64,000 nt of DNA from Octopus bimaculoides. Lineage: Eukaryota. Positions 28,872 to 42,206 of this stretch are shown here, in pieces (positions within the stretch are counted from its first letter, which is position 1; every line of letters starts with the position of its first letter). The position numbers and the translations under genes are program-made. The stretch covers positions 191,943,582-192,007,581 of the forward strand of contig NC_068981.1 in NCBI RefSeq assembly GCF_001194135.2. Reading direction: 5' to 3'. The notes below the pieces were generated by a model that saw only the letters and a list, made by a program, of their open reading frames with translations, ran no database searches and was not told the DNA's origin.

Positions 28872-29213
28872 GTATCCAAATATCAATAAACATTATCTAT
28901 ATATACACACCTTAACCATCCTATAAACAGTGTATAAACATACTGTAATGCTATACAGATAAATGTACACAGCTATGCTTTATACACATGTATATACAAT
29001 AAGCTACATACAATATGTAAATATCAATAGACACATCTATATGCCAGAGTAGATTATATAGGTAAGAAGTTTGCTTCCCATCAACATGGTTTTGGGTTCA
29101 GTCCCATCATAGTGTGGCACCTTGGGCAAGTGCCTTCTATAATAGCCCTGGGCCAAACAAAGCCTTGTGGCTAGATTTGATAGATAGAAACTGCAAGAAG
29201 CTTATTATATTAT

Positions 29214-29279
<66 letters not shown>

Positions 29280-29347
29280 GGAGTTAAATACAGGTGTTAT
29301 TCAAATTCTTTTACTTCCAACATATGTTTTGAAGACAACATTGGTAT

Positions 29348-30434
29348 TATTCCAAAAGGAATAAAATGGTGTAAAACAATGTAATCTTCTCATCAGGGAA
29401 AGAAAAAAGAAGCCAAAGGTAAATCAAAGTCTTTTAAAGATAATTACACTAACAATAAGGCAACTACTAGCAAAACTATTTGGTTGATTATTCCTTATGG
29501 GAGGCAACTTAAATCTAATCTTCCTTTCCAGTTCCGTGAAGCTATTACTAAGAACTTTCGAGAGAATTTTAGGTATTACTCGATTATCAACTCGCATACG
29601 GTTAGGATTAGTTTTTCTGACACAAAAAATCTTTCACAAATTATCTCTTTACATAATATTAGTTTGTTAAATAAAAATCCAATTACTGAAAATACTAATA
29701 TTAATCTAATACTAACCATCCCCTAGTAATATTAACAACAAGGTTATAATCTCTAAAGTCAATTCCAACAAAATTAAGTTTATGTCTAGTAATTCTAAGA
29801 CTAAAAACTGTATATACCAGTGTAAAATTACTTCCAGTACCGATGTCTTTTTTTATATAGGTTCTTCTCAGTTATCTAAAAGAATTTCTAATCATTACTC
29901 TACATTTAGGGATACTAATAAACACAACAGTACAGGGCTTAGTAAATTAATTTGGTATCTAAAAGATCATAATAAAGAATTTAATTTAGCTTGGTTGATT
30001 CTCTCCATTTCATTCCCATACGATAAAGGCAAAGAATTCTGGCAACTCTGTAATAGTGAGTTCCTTTATATTCTATTTTCTAAGAATCCCCTTGTAAACA
30101 CATTTATAGAGCATGTTTATCGATGTAAACTTTCACTTTCACTAGATATATCTATTTCCAAGCCTTTAAGCTTTTATTTAATTCACATATTGCTCTATAT
30201 TTCTCCTTTATTAGTTTTCTGCTTATTCCTTTCTTTTACCCTTTCTCTTTCTATAGGCTACCTTTGACATTATATCTACTTATGGTTTTTTTTAAAAACT
30301 TAATAGCGTTCCTTTCAGCATTATACACATTCATCACATTCTGTTAAAATGTTTTATTGATGAATTTGGTTTCTTTCTTTCCCTGATGAGGAGATTGCAT
30401 TGTTTTACACCATTTTATTCCTTTTGGAATAGTC
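29348..30434 (+). mobile_element. Penelope-like retroelement, 5'-truncated: C-terminal ORF region with GIY-YIG endonuclease plus 3' UTR, bounded by an inverted repeat
   Basis: Frameshifted translation KTIWLIIPYGRQLKSN...TVRISFSDTKNLSQIISLHN...CIYQCKITSSTDVFFYIGSSQLSKRISNHYSTFRDTNKHNSTGLSKLIWYLKDHNKEFNLAWLIL...PYDKGKEFWQLCNSEFLYIL. This fits the PLE pattern (IY..YIG..R..H..F...STxLSKxIWxLK...CxLCxxE). 58-bp inverted repeat at 29348-29405 / 30374-30431 (56/58). Confidence 0.85.
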
Positions 30435-31083
30435 AAATATCTGCCACAATAGCCTTGGATCAACCAAAGCTTTGTGAGTGAATTTGAAAGAAAGAGACTG
30501 AAAGAGGCCTGTCGTGTGTGTATATCTCCCCATCCTTCTCTTGACACCACATGAAGGTTGTAATGGGCATCATGCAAGTGATGTTTCTGCTTGCAGTCTT
30601 CCATGAAAAATGTGGCCAAGAGGAAACTTGGAAACAGGTGAGGGTTGGTGACAGAAAGATCAACCAGCCATAAAAAAAAAACTTAAACAACTTCTGTTTG
30701 ACCCATGAAGCATAGAAAAGTAGATGCAATGATGATTGTGAAATAAATGAGCAGCAGGCAGCCTCAAGACATGGCTTGCATTGGTGCCATATTTACCACT
30801 CATCTTAACATATTCTACAGAAATATATTATCTGATGAATGTCCTGTCATTACCATAATCAATGATGGTCAGGTGATATGCTAGAAAGGGGAAATTTAGA
30901 GGTACAGAAGGTGAGAGTTTACCTGATTTGACTGGTGAGTCTTGAACTGATTCTTGAGTTAATGGGGGTAAAAAATAAGTACCTAAAGTTTTGTACAGTG
31001 GGAATGAACTCAAGCCTTTGTAGTTCAGAAGTGAACTCCTTATCGTGTGGATAAATTTTATCAATATACATACACATATACAA

Positions 31084-31405
31084 GGCTGTGTGGCTAAGAA
31101 GTTCACTTGGCAACCAAATGGTTTTGGATTCAGACCCACTGCATGGCACCTTGCACAAGTGTCTTCTACTATAGTCCCAGACTAACCAATCAATGCCTTT
31201 TCCATTTGTGCACGCGCACACACACACACACACACACACACATCTTTGGTTGAATTTATCACACATCATTTAACAAGCAATGTTGGTTTGTTTACATCCC
31301 TCTAACTTAGCAGTTTCACAAAAAGAGCCCGGCAGAACAAGTGTCAGACTTATGAACAACCAGTGTTGATTTGATCATCTAACCCCTTCAAGCTGGTGCC
31401 CCAGC
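31084..31405 (+). mobile_element. tRNA-derived SINE, tail type 1, internal (CA)n
   Basis: Head plus tail ...gtttacatccctctaacttagcag...gctggtgccccagcatg. Confidence 0.75.
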
Positions 31406-31445
31406 ATGATCATATATTGAAGCAAACTAATATATATATATATAT

Positions 31446-31548
<103 letters not shown>

Positions 31549-33417
31549 CATACATACACACACATATACACACACAAAGGAATTATATGAAGATTGGAAA
31601 TCATCCAAGTGAAAAGAATAATGATAACAATCTGAAATATTGATTTCTAACAGCAATGATATATCATCCCAAAAACAGAGCAATGCAGTAGCAATACATA
31701 CATATATAACACACACACAAACAAACATGGATAGTTTGAATGCACCAATCATTGATACAGATATGAAAGATAAGTATTATATAAGCATGTTTATACACAC
31801 ACAAAGGCTTGGTCATGCAAAGTGAATATAGAAAAGGGGGAAAAAAAAAGAAACAAAAGATCATTCTTCTTATTTCCTTAACAGATTAGTTTGGTTAGAA
31901 TGATTTACTCTGAGAAGTATGCTTGTGTGAAAGACAATCTGTTACAAAACCTACAAGGATCAGTGAGACAACAATTGTATTAATTCTAATTTGCTATCAG
32001 AAATGGTACTTAGAGCTTTACAATAGAGAATCCAGTAATAGCAATGTGAAGACTTACTCAACATAATCTAGTTCTTGTAAACTAGCTACTGAAATAAAAT
32101 ACTATCAGGACTGGTAGGTGGCCAATAGAAGGGGGAAAAAAAAGAGAGAAATAATAAGAAATAATACCACTTGCTCAGCAAACATCCTTTCCAGATAATT
32201 TAGTTTCCATTTGTTCTTTATCTCATGCCTGTAAAGTGTCCATACCAGAAATAAATATCATAAATTTATATTTATAATAGCAACATAACTTTGCTTCAGA
32301 ACAGTTGCCAAAAAAGCAAAGATCAATCTAATTAATATTATAGCCAATATTTTGACAAGATCTGTCAGTGTAGCCTAATTCACTCTTCAGTAGAAGTCGA
32401 TACTGCAACTTGATTCAAATCTAAGTCAGAAGAGTTAAACTTGGCTGTTCTGCAAGCTATCACTTCTGATGAATAAAGTGAAATTACAATAACTTTTATA
32501 GTCAATGTACAGTTTCTACAGTAACAACTGGCTTGAAATCTAAGTCTAAGTTTGGTATTTTATGATTAGACTTTCAGCTGGTGATTGCTATATAACACAG
32601 AAACACCAAAAAGACCATTGCAACCTCTCCAAGACTGATGAGTTTGATGTCATTAGCACTCCATTGCAGATGAACACCTGCAGAGAAGACACAAACATGA
32701 AATAGGTTCTAGAGGGCTGATGTTCTGGGAAAAAAGGACGGGACATAGTGGTTAGTGCAGGGAAAGGAGACTGGATACACTAAGAGTGACAAGAGGTGGA
32801 AAGATGAATGAGTTGGTGGCATCTAAGTGGTGGGGGTAAGAAACCAACCAGCTCTGAGGAACAGAGGCCATTACAGTAACAATAGAAAAGACAAAGGAGA
32901 ACCAAAGGCTGAAGTATGTACATTAGTGATTAAACTGCAATTAGTCAAGTGGCCCTTTTCTAGATGCAGTCCATGATACATGACATGTGCAGCAGTAACA
33001 CTTTCCCAAATGTGGGATAAATGTTCCAGGCCTTGTAGAATGTCAGCAGTTGTTTGGGGCTGAAATATTGTATAATGAGACTAACTATTAAATGTCAACC
33101 AAGCTAGGTCAAAAGAATCTCATGTTTTCATTGTTTGTGTTTAGAGCATGTGATAAACACAATATTTCGAAAAGAACACAGGGAGCTGGTAAGCTGTTGG
33201 TAGCATCTGTTAGTTAATAAAACAGAAAATATTTTCCCTTTGGCTTTGTTATTTTTTTCTGTTTTTATTCTGCTGCAACAACCACAAAGAAAACAGTTTA
33301 GTTGTGTTTGTGAACTCTAGATTAGGGGTGATTAAAATTGAAAAACTGATAGAAGCCAAGAGGAAATATAAAAGTGAATATTAAAGAGCATAAAACATCA
33401 AAAAGAGAACAACTTAC

Positions 33418-33537
33418 ATTTTGTCGCTCACCAGTAATTTGAGCAAGACAAACCATCTCTTTACCAAAGTGGCTGAATGCATCCATGAAATCCGTGAAAT
33501 TTGAAACGCGTTCTAATTTCACCAAACTGGCCAAAAC
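33418..33537 (-). CDS. CTNNAL1: Alpha-catulin internal coding exon, 120 nt, phase 0/0
   Basis: Acceptor ttttttacag|GTT and donor AAT|gtaagt. Translation VLASLVKLERVSNFTDFMDAFSHFGKEMVCLAQITGERQN, matching catulin VLATMERLEKVNSFQEFVQIFSQFGNEMVEFAHLSGDRQN as recalled. In frame with both neighbouring exons. Confidence 0.95.
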
Positions 33538-34159
33538 CTGTAAAAAAACAAAAGAAATCAATTTAGGCCATTGATAGATATATACAATATTATGTATGAT
33601 CCAGAAGCCATCAGAGGGAAACCAACTATGAGTGCCATGTGAATTTTGTAAGACAAAACCTTTGAACTTCCGGAACTGGTGTCATGAAAGATTAATTTAT
33701 TTCAATTTATTTTCCCTTCCCTTACAGCATGACTGATTGAAACCAGTCATCTGTTATAATAAAAATGTAAATAATTTCTTCCTTTGTCTCTGATAAAGTG
33801 CTGAAAACATCATCTTTTCCACTTTTAATTATATATTTGAACAAATATGGTAACAAAAGGGTAAATCTAATTCAGTATGTCCTATAGTTGCTAATCGGTA
33901 AGTAGGGTACTACAGAAGACTTTTGTAGCATTTAAAGAACAAGCTCCCTTTTAAGGATCTTCAAAATGAAGGAGGAAGGAAATGTTAATAATGAAAGGTC
34001 TTCAGCTAAAGACACTGATTAAATGCTAAATTTAATTAAGTACAGCCATGTTATGGGTCTTCTGAGACGGGGCTGACCAAATCTACCAAACAAGGAAACT
34101 CTCTCTCTCTCTATCCATCTATCTAGCTCACAGTACAAAAGGCAAATGATTCTGTATGG

Positions 34160-34284
34160 CAGTGTTTCTCAACCTTTTTAACCCTTGCGTAACCCTTAAA
34201 ATAAATTACGTGTCTCAAGGAACCCCTGCACAAAAAAAATTATATACCATATCTTTCTCATTTTTTTCATCGTAGTTCACATAG

Positions 34285-34324
<40 letters not shown>

Positions 34325-34851
34325 GTCATACCGGCCATGACGAAGGGAAATAGCCCTGAAACTCGAGTCGCCTTTATATATATATATTTATATTTTTATA
34401 TTTGATCCTTTATATTGAACACTCAATATTTCATCTACATTCAATACTTTCTTTCATGGTGCCATCCATTTTTATTTTATATTATATATTATATTATATA
34501 TTGTATATTCCATATTCTATACCCCACATTGGTTCTGCAGGAATATAAATAAAACATAAAAAACAGACAGTGTTGGAACTCTTTTAAACAAAATAATATA
34601 TATATATATATATAGTGTCCATAAATTACAGCATCACTAAATATATCCCCAATGATTGTTATATTTTTTTGATAACATAATAGGTTAGATCAGATGATGT
34701 CTATATTACAATAACCAATAATATGTTGTGCATATGTAGTAATATTATGATCATGAAATTAACATTAGCTTATCTCACTCTTTCTCATGGAACCCCTAGG
34801 AACCTTTTGCGGAACCCTAAGGTTCTGGTGAACCCTGGTTGAGAAATGCTG
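34160..34851. mobile_element. hAT-superfamily MITE with 8-bp TSD, carrying an internal passenger insertion
   Basis: TIR CAGTGTTTCTCAACC / GGTTGAGAAATGCTG (13/15). Identical 8-bp direct repeat CTGTATGG at 34152-59 and 34852-59. Subterminal GGAACC(C) repeats. Confidence 0.9.
34333..34372 (+). ncRNA. Minimal type-I hammerhead ribozyme-like motif (Penelope-like-element type), with a 1-nt insertion in the CUGANGA box
   Basis: GGC C(a)TGACGA AGGG-aaatag-CCCT GAAA C-tcga-G TC GCC. Stem I GGC/GCC, stem II AGGG/CCCT, 2-bp stem III capped by palindromic TCGA, GUC cleavage triplet. Confidence 0.65.
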
Positions 34852-37800
34852 CTGTATGGCAATAAATGAAGAAAATGGGCAATAAATGAAGAATATGCCA
34901 TGTTAACTTACAAGAAGATAGGTGTGTGTTACAATATTAAGAAAGTAACTGTGAAGTGAAAGTATTAACAGAGATATGCAATAAGAGGGAAGAGATGTGT
35001 AATGCAAATAACTCCAGGTACTGGAGTTGATAAAATAAAGTGCTAGGTAAGTAAATCAACTTGTCCACTCCTCTCAAAACTGTTGCCCTTGGACCCTGTT
35101 CAAGTTGAATGTTATGATCTTAGTTATTTATATACCAATGGAAATTGGGTAACCAGACTTACAAGTCCTGGGGTTCAAGAAAATAAACAAAAACTAAACC
35201 TACAATTATTTGCAGATATGCATACCTGCAATAAACTCCCCTCATATTGTGTCTATTAATGTTGCAACTCCCGTTTTGATCAATTATGTAATTCAGATAT
35301 CCTTTATGATAAAATTAGGAAAATTGATTACATGTAATTTTTATTTTATTTTGTTTTGTTTTCTTTAATCATGCATACAACTTGCCTTGCAAATGTATTC
35401 CAGATATAATGAAAAAGTTAATCTTTGCTGCAATAACTCTCACTTGCCTTCCCAAAGGAAAAGTGAACCTTTGCTGATGATTATAAGTGGAATAACAGAA
35501 TTGCTTTGGTACGGTCTCAAAACCAATGAAATATTGAAGAGTTCACTAAGATCTAAATCAATGGAGAAAGCTATTGAGAAATTAATATACAGGAGTCATC
35601 ACAGGGAGAACAATTTAGTTCAATTAATAGTTAGCCTTAATACATTTTATGCCACACAGTATCTTAACTCTCTTATCTATTATATATGGAAGAAAGAAAA
35701 ATGTATGCATTTTCACATTTTCTTATCTAACAAGTAGTAATTCTAAAGAATTACATCTCTTAATAAATATTCTAGCAACCAAGGATTTCTAAGTATCTAA
35801 GAAATCTAAATTGAAGATTGTGTAGACTTGACAGTAATATGATTAAAGTAATACAATATTGTATCACAACTGATAACTGTAACTGCACACACAAACACAC
35901 ACATCATTATAGTTATCTATTCCAAATATATCCTATGAGAAGAATGAAAAACAATAAGATATATCACAAGGATTCAGCCTGGCTTATTTATAAATATGTA
36001 TTTTAATAATCAAATTGTTTACCACACATTTATATTTGAAGAAATTTAGGTGATAAATGATCAAAATTGCACAGTACAATATTCTATAATCAGTATTGAT
36101 TTTGTATCAAAAATAACCTTCTTTTCTTTTATACAATAGAAACGCGCACACACACACACACACACACACACATTACTGAAAATTTGGACAAAATTGTAAA
36201 GAACTAACATCAGGAAGAATATTTAAAAATTTTCGTATATTTATTTTTTCAGTTCCATCAAATAATTTGTGTATATAAAGCATAAGGAGTGTGTATGTAT
36301 GGATATGCATCTAAAACAAATGAAAAAATATATACACACCTTAAATCTAATTTCAAAACAAATTATACACAAATAAATAAATAAATAAATATGGACATTA
36401 ATATTAGATATTAGAGTTTCATTAAATCAATTACTGTATATTTTCCATTATTTAGCTATCTCATTTTCAGTCGTCATAGGTGAAAAGTATAGGAAATGCA
36501 AACCATAGAGAGATAACTTTAATAAAACTTTTCAAAATATATATATAGAGAGAGTATGTGCATATAACTCTAGGGATAAATGCATACAGGAACAAATATA
36601 TACAAGCTCTGATGAGCTGTATAATTAACATGAAGGATATTGAATTTACATCTGCACTCATAAAAAAATTTGGGTTATTTACATACAGAGACAAACATTC
36701 AACATTCTCTTTGTTCCTTCATTTCTCTATACCAGCATGGGTTGGACGAACATATGAAGCTTTGTTTTACAGTCTATGACCCCCACTTCTTATCCACTAA
36801 CCCTTACTTGTTTTTTAAGCAATGCCTCTCAATCTCAATGTCTTTTGAGGGTGCAAAGCCAGCAGATGATTTATTGACAGGAGAAATGATGTCACTGCTT
36901 GTTGCTCAGCAATCATCAGAAAAAGAACACATATAAGAAAAAAAAACAAAACAATAGACAACACACGCACGTGTGCATGTACGTGCACACACAGCAGGAT
37001 TCTTTTCAGTTTTTCTCTACCAAATTCACTCACAAAGCTTTAGTTGGCTCAAGGCTATAGTAGAAAAGACTTCCCAAGGGTACCACAAAGTGGGACTGAA
37101 CCTGAAACCATGTGGTTGGGAAGAGCATTTCTTGATTGCACAACTATACATCTAATTAAATATTCAAATCTCAAATATGCAAATGTGGCGATAATCTTTT
37201 AAATTTCCAGTTGGGTTACAATTAAACCTATTAAATATTTTACTGTTTTTGAGTAGAATTATATTTCTTCAACTGTCAATAATAGCACAGAAGACAGTAC
37301 TGCAACTAACTTTTCTCGGCCATCTCCTCGCATACTACTCTCATTGTCCAAAAACTATGCATACACCAGTAAAACCATGAGCTTTGTAGATTCAAAACAG
37401 ATGCCTCTTTCTCTCTCTCTTTTATTTTTGGTTAAATTGATGAAAACAGAAATGGAAATTTTTGCTAGATGGTTCTACTGTTCAAAAATTTGGAACAAAA
37501 GTATTTTTGAAAGACAATGCAAATAAAGCTTGCAATGGTCACATGTCTGAAAACACATGCAGATTTCTTGAGTATAACATTCAAGAATATTTCATTTGCA
37601 TGAGCAAGTCTTTTGAAAATGCTGGATAGTTGATTAGTGTGCATTTTATCCTTGGAAAATTGCAAGTTGTTTCTGAGCCTCATAAAAACTAACCAAATTT
37701 ATATTTATAAAAGAAAGAGAAACAGGAAAAATTTCTGCAGAAGCCTCCAGTTACAAAATTGGCCACAGTATTGACTCTTGATAGCATATTTTTGTTGAAA

Positions 37801-39149
37801 TCCATAGCCTTTTGTTCCAATCAAATTTGGAAATACTGAAGGATTTAATAGAATGACTTATTAAGCTAATGTTAGGAACATAAATTAACATGGAATTTTA
37901 GCTAAAGGTTTTAAATTAGATCACTTTAAAACAAAGCTTGCATCATACAAACTGGGTGGTGTAAGGTAGATGGGTATTGAAAGGTTTAACAAATACAGAA
38001 TCTACAAATAAGTAAAAAGAATAAATTTGTATCTGCTTCGTTTGATCACAAATCACTTCTTAATTTTCAAAAACAAAAAAAGAAATCTATGTCCATACAT
38101 GCATGGCAGGTTTCATGTGAAGATGTGCTACATAGGTTAGTAAGAAAGAGTTACATTCGATTAGGCTTTGTGAAAGATAAAAAAGAAATCTATGAAGAAC
38201 TCATTATACTCTAAATGATTGGACCGTGAACATTGAAAAAAAAAATAAATAAAAAATGTACAACCCGTTTCCATGGAAATTACATTATATTTCTGTTGAT
38301 AGACGTTAAAGAGAATCTGAGAGTCTGCAAACATGTCTCGGCTAAAAGAGAGCTTCGCTAATCAATGTAGAAATGAAGAGAAACTGACAAAAACACAAAT
38401 CAGCATCAAAAGACGACTATGAACTGATTGGTTATTTTCTCTGTTCAGAACATTAAAGATTGTGACACGTGTAGATTAAACATTCACACTGGAGATCAAC
38501 CTAAGTTCTTTCATCCTCCTTATCTTTCTTTCTTTCTTTCTCTCTCTCTCTCTCTGAGGGGTCTTCTTATCAATGTGATGATAGTTAATCTTAGCTGTAC
38601 AATTTTCTTTTATCTTATGACATGTCACAATGGTAGAACAGGATAAATGGGGTGGTCACTGGATGATTCCAAACTTGAGTTGATTTAGTTTCGATGCTCC
38701 CACTGCATTAAATATGTTAACTCTAAACGGTTTAATACACAGTCAGACAGGCTGAAGGTGCAACTCATTGAGTGGTGGGTGGAGGAGAGATAGATATACT
38801 TAGTGATTGTGAGTGAGTGAGTATATTACATTATCAAGTTCAGCCGAATGTAGTAGACAGAGAACAGAGGAAACAACAATGGAGAGAGGCAACTACAAAA
38901 GCATCAGTTGAGGGACCAGGTTATGAAAGTTACAGAAAGAGTTGGTTAGGAACAGAATTAGCAAAGACAAGATGCAGTTTGTGCTAATAATACAACTACA
39001 AGAGCAGTTAGGAGTCTCTGTGACCTAAAATTTAAAGACTTGGGGAAGGTCTTTAACAGAGCTCCACTCTATGGCCTGATCATTGCCAGGGAAACCAAGA
39101 GTAGATGACTGGCTTGTAAGAGCCATACAAGCCCTGTGAAAAAGCTAGG

Positions 39150-39400
39150 ACAGAGTTAGCAATGAATTCAGTATCGAGTTTAGAGTCAAAGTATGGAGTG
39201 TCAGTATTCAGTTCTCAGTCTCCTCTCGTTTAATATAGAGAGCTCCAGGTCATAACTGAAGAGCTTAAAACTGGTCATCCTTGGAAACATTTGTACTTAC
39301 TAAATTTAAAATTTAGAGAGAAAATTTCAGACCTGGAAAAAAAAAATCCTAAAATTTAATGGTTTCAAAGAAAACAGAGTAAAGACTGAAGATGACAGGA
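39150..39400 (+). mobile_element. Highly degraded RTE RT fragment
   Basis: EFRVKV...SPL.FNI..ELQVITEELKTGHPWKHLY, parallel to 16550-16900 and 55000-55040. Confidence 0.55.
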
Positions 39401-39933
39401 CCCTATTACTATCCACTTTGTTATGCAGAGAAAAGATAGATAGAAATTCCATATGGAGTCCCCAAGTAAATTATGGACACATGAGAGCTGACAAAAGACT
39501 AATGGTGATTTTGTGGTTTTTAGAGAGTTGGTTCAATCATAAAAACTTTAGGTGATATTACCCAGAACATGTACATTTGTGATGGGTCATCCTCCAAGTT
39601 GGACCATTTTCCATTACTAAAAGGAAAACCCAGCCTTCATTGCATTCTTAGTTACAATGTGAGGAATATGTGTGTAGTTTCCATAGAAAACTATCAGTGA
39701 TTGTAAAGTACAAAAAAACCCACTCCATTTTGTAGTGAATTCAGTGAAATTTAGCAAAGTGTTGTGATGTATCAGAACTCTATAGATCTCTGCTATCATA
39801 ACATAATTAGTAAGATATAAGCAAACAAACTATCACTTTGGATAACCCAAGTTCACATTTTTAGATGCAAAAAGAAAAACCTATCATTTCTTGTTCAATG
39901 AAAGAATGTAAATAAAATAAGTTTTCAGAAAAA

Positions 39934-39966
<33 letters not shown>

Positions 39967-40189
39967 TACTTTAATCTCATAGAATATGTCAGAAGTCATA
40001 CTTTTAGCAAAACCACATAACTTGTTATTAGCAATAATGTGTTGCCAAAGTCCGAATTACTTTACTGAATACAAATATTGATATCATTTTTCCCCAACTT
40101 TACTTCCTACAGAATCTGCAAGATTACAATGTTTCATAGGGTTAGCCCTTAGTATTTGTTACTATGCCAACTAAATAGGAAAAAAATAC

Positions 40190-40192
40190 ATT

Positions 40193-40266
<74 letters not shown>

Positions 40267-40269
40267 CAT

Positions 40270-40302
<33 letters not shown>

Positions 40303-40393
40303 ACACATATAACACACACACACATATATCACACACACACACATATATCACACACACACATACACACACACACATATATTATACACACACATA

Positions 40394-40430
<37 letters not shown>
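40190..40430. repeat. Compound (AT)n/(AC)n microsatellite
   Basis: Seen directly; similar compound tracts lie at 31430-31575 and 54010-54280. Confidence 0.95.
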
Positions 40431-40431
<1 letters not shown>

Positions 40432-40982
40432 CAAAATAAAAATAAAACTTTATTTGATTTTTAGTACACCACACTGAGGTGGCAGGAAGTCGTTGGGAAT
40501 TGTTCCAAAGAGAACCTATAAATGATATTTAAATGAACTACCATTAAAAGATTTGCAGAAGGAAAGTCCAAAACTGTAGCAAATTACACATGAGAGAGAA
40601 CAATTTAAGTTGATAAATGCAAGTAATATTTTGTTTAGTGTAGCATTAAACCCACCATATTTACATTTCTGGCAACCACAAGAAATAGAATACAGGCAGA
40701 GTATGGAGACAATACAGAGCAGAGAGGTAAGGTAGAGAGATAGAAGATAGAGTACGATCAAGTTTGACTTTGAAAAAACAAAAAAAAAACTGATCAATTT
40801 TGATGTTCAATACAAAGCATTTGTAGTTTATAAGTAAACCCGTTTAATAGCAAACCATCTGAGATCAGCCATGGTTGATATGAGATTTCAATTGGTCAAC
40901 TTCAGGCTGATGTGAGAGAATTTCTGTATGATCACTGAACTTGCTTCACTGTATTTCACTCTGCCTTAGGCAATGATATTAA

Positions 40983-41200
40983 CCCTTCTGTTACTATATT
41001 TCTATTGAAATACAGTCTTTGTTTCAGTTAATTTTGAATCTAATGAAGAATTTAGTGAAATAACCTTGCTATATTAAGCTGTGTTTGAAACACAATTAAC
41101 ATGAAATTTTAAAGGAAAGTTATAATTCTGATCACTTTTAACATAGAGAGTGTATATTGTAGAACCAGAAACAGTAACAGACAGATTGGTATCAGAAGGG
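40983..41200. mobile_element. TTAA-type MITE (family A, reverse orientation)
   Basis: TTAA 40979-82 and 41201-04. TIR CCCTTCTGTTAC / GTATCAGAAGGG (11/12). Confidence 0.85.
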
Positions 41201-42040
41201 TTAAAACATGGGCTGTAATGAGCCAACAAGGGTGGCTCTACATGACTGTTCTATTACAACGAATCATATACTATCATCTTTTATAAAAAAAAAAAAAAAA
41301 ATTACAGTTGTTTAGTTTATTTTAGGTCATATTGGAGTATTACATTTTTTTTTTTTGTAAAAATATCTAAATACAATGAGCTAAGAAGTAAAAGTTATAA
41401 AATTATGATTTATAAAAGTGTCAATAGAATTACCGATGAAAAGCATTTAATCTAGTGAAAATGTTAAATATTACCAAATAAAATTCACATTAAACTTTTA
41501 ATGATTTTCAAATTTACATTTGATTAATCGTTAATAAGTTATTGATTAAAACTCTAGTTTAAATGGGCTTTTTATGGCTTCTCAGAGGATAAAGAATAAC
41601 ATCCATTGACTTTCGGGGGCTTCAAAGAATGGTGGACATGGAGAAGAAGCCATGGTTCATTGATTCTATAGTAGGAAGAAATACATTAGAACTGGAGAAC
41701 AAATAAAGGAATAAAGGGTTACACTTGTCCTCATAGCTGGAGGGTTGAAAGCCACAGGCATGACCACCACTACTCACCACACACTACAGTCCCTGCTGCA
41801 GCTGTACACTTCATCAGAACCTTTCCTATCTATTTCTTGATGTCACCATTCTACTATCTTTGTCACCTGTGACATGAGCCTGCTTCCTGTCCATCCACCC
41901 CCTGAAAATGTGTTAATGGAGTCCTGAAATCAACATGCACACATATAAAATGGGCATGCTCTATTTCCCAATTCCTCTGATAAAACCTTGGTTGGTCTGA
42001 AGCTATAGAAGACAACAATTGATGCTCAAAAGGCCATTAG

Positions 42041-42206
42041 GCAGTCGATTAGATCGACCCAGTATGCAACTGGTACTTAATTTATTGACCCCAAAAGGAT
42101 GAAAGGCAAAGTCGACCTCAGAAGAATTTGAACTCAAAACATAAAAACAGATGACACACTGCTAAGCATTTCGCCCAGCATGCCAGTGTTTCTGCCAGCT
42201 CACCAC
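42041..42206 (-). mobile_element. Second SINE family with a conserved core resembling the Meta/MESC SINE domain
   Basis: The minus strand contains gtcgactttgcctttcatccttttggggtcaataaattaagtaccag. The family name is from memory of the Meta-domain consensus and is not verified. Confidence 0.7.

Noticed and set aside
40460-40515. Possible cassette exon on the gene strand (tttatag|GTTCTCTTTGGAACAATTCCC...)
   Set aside because: No consensus donor site follows, and there is no similarity to catulin.
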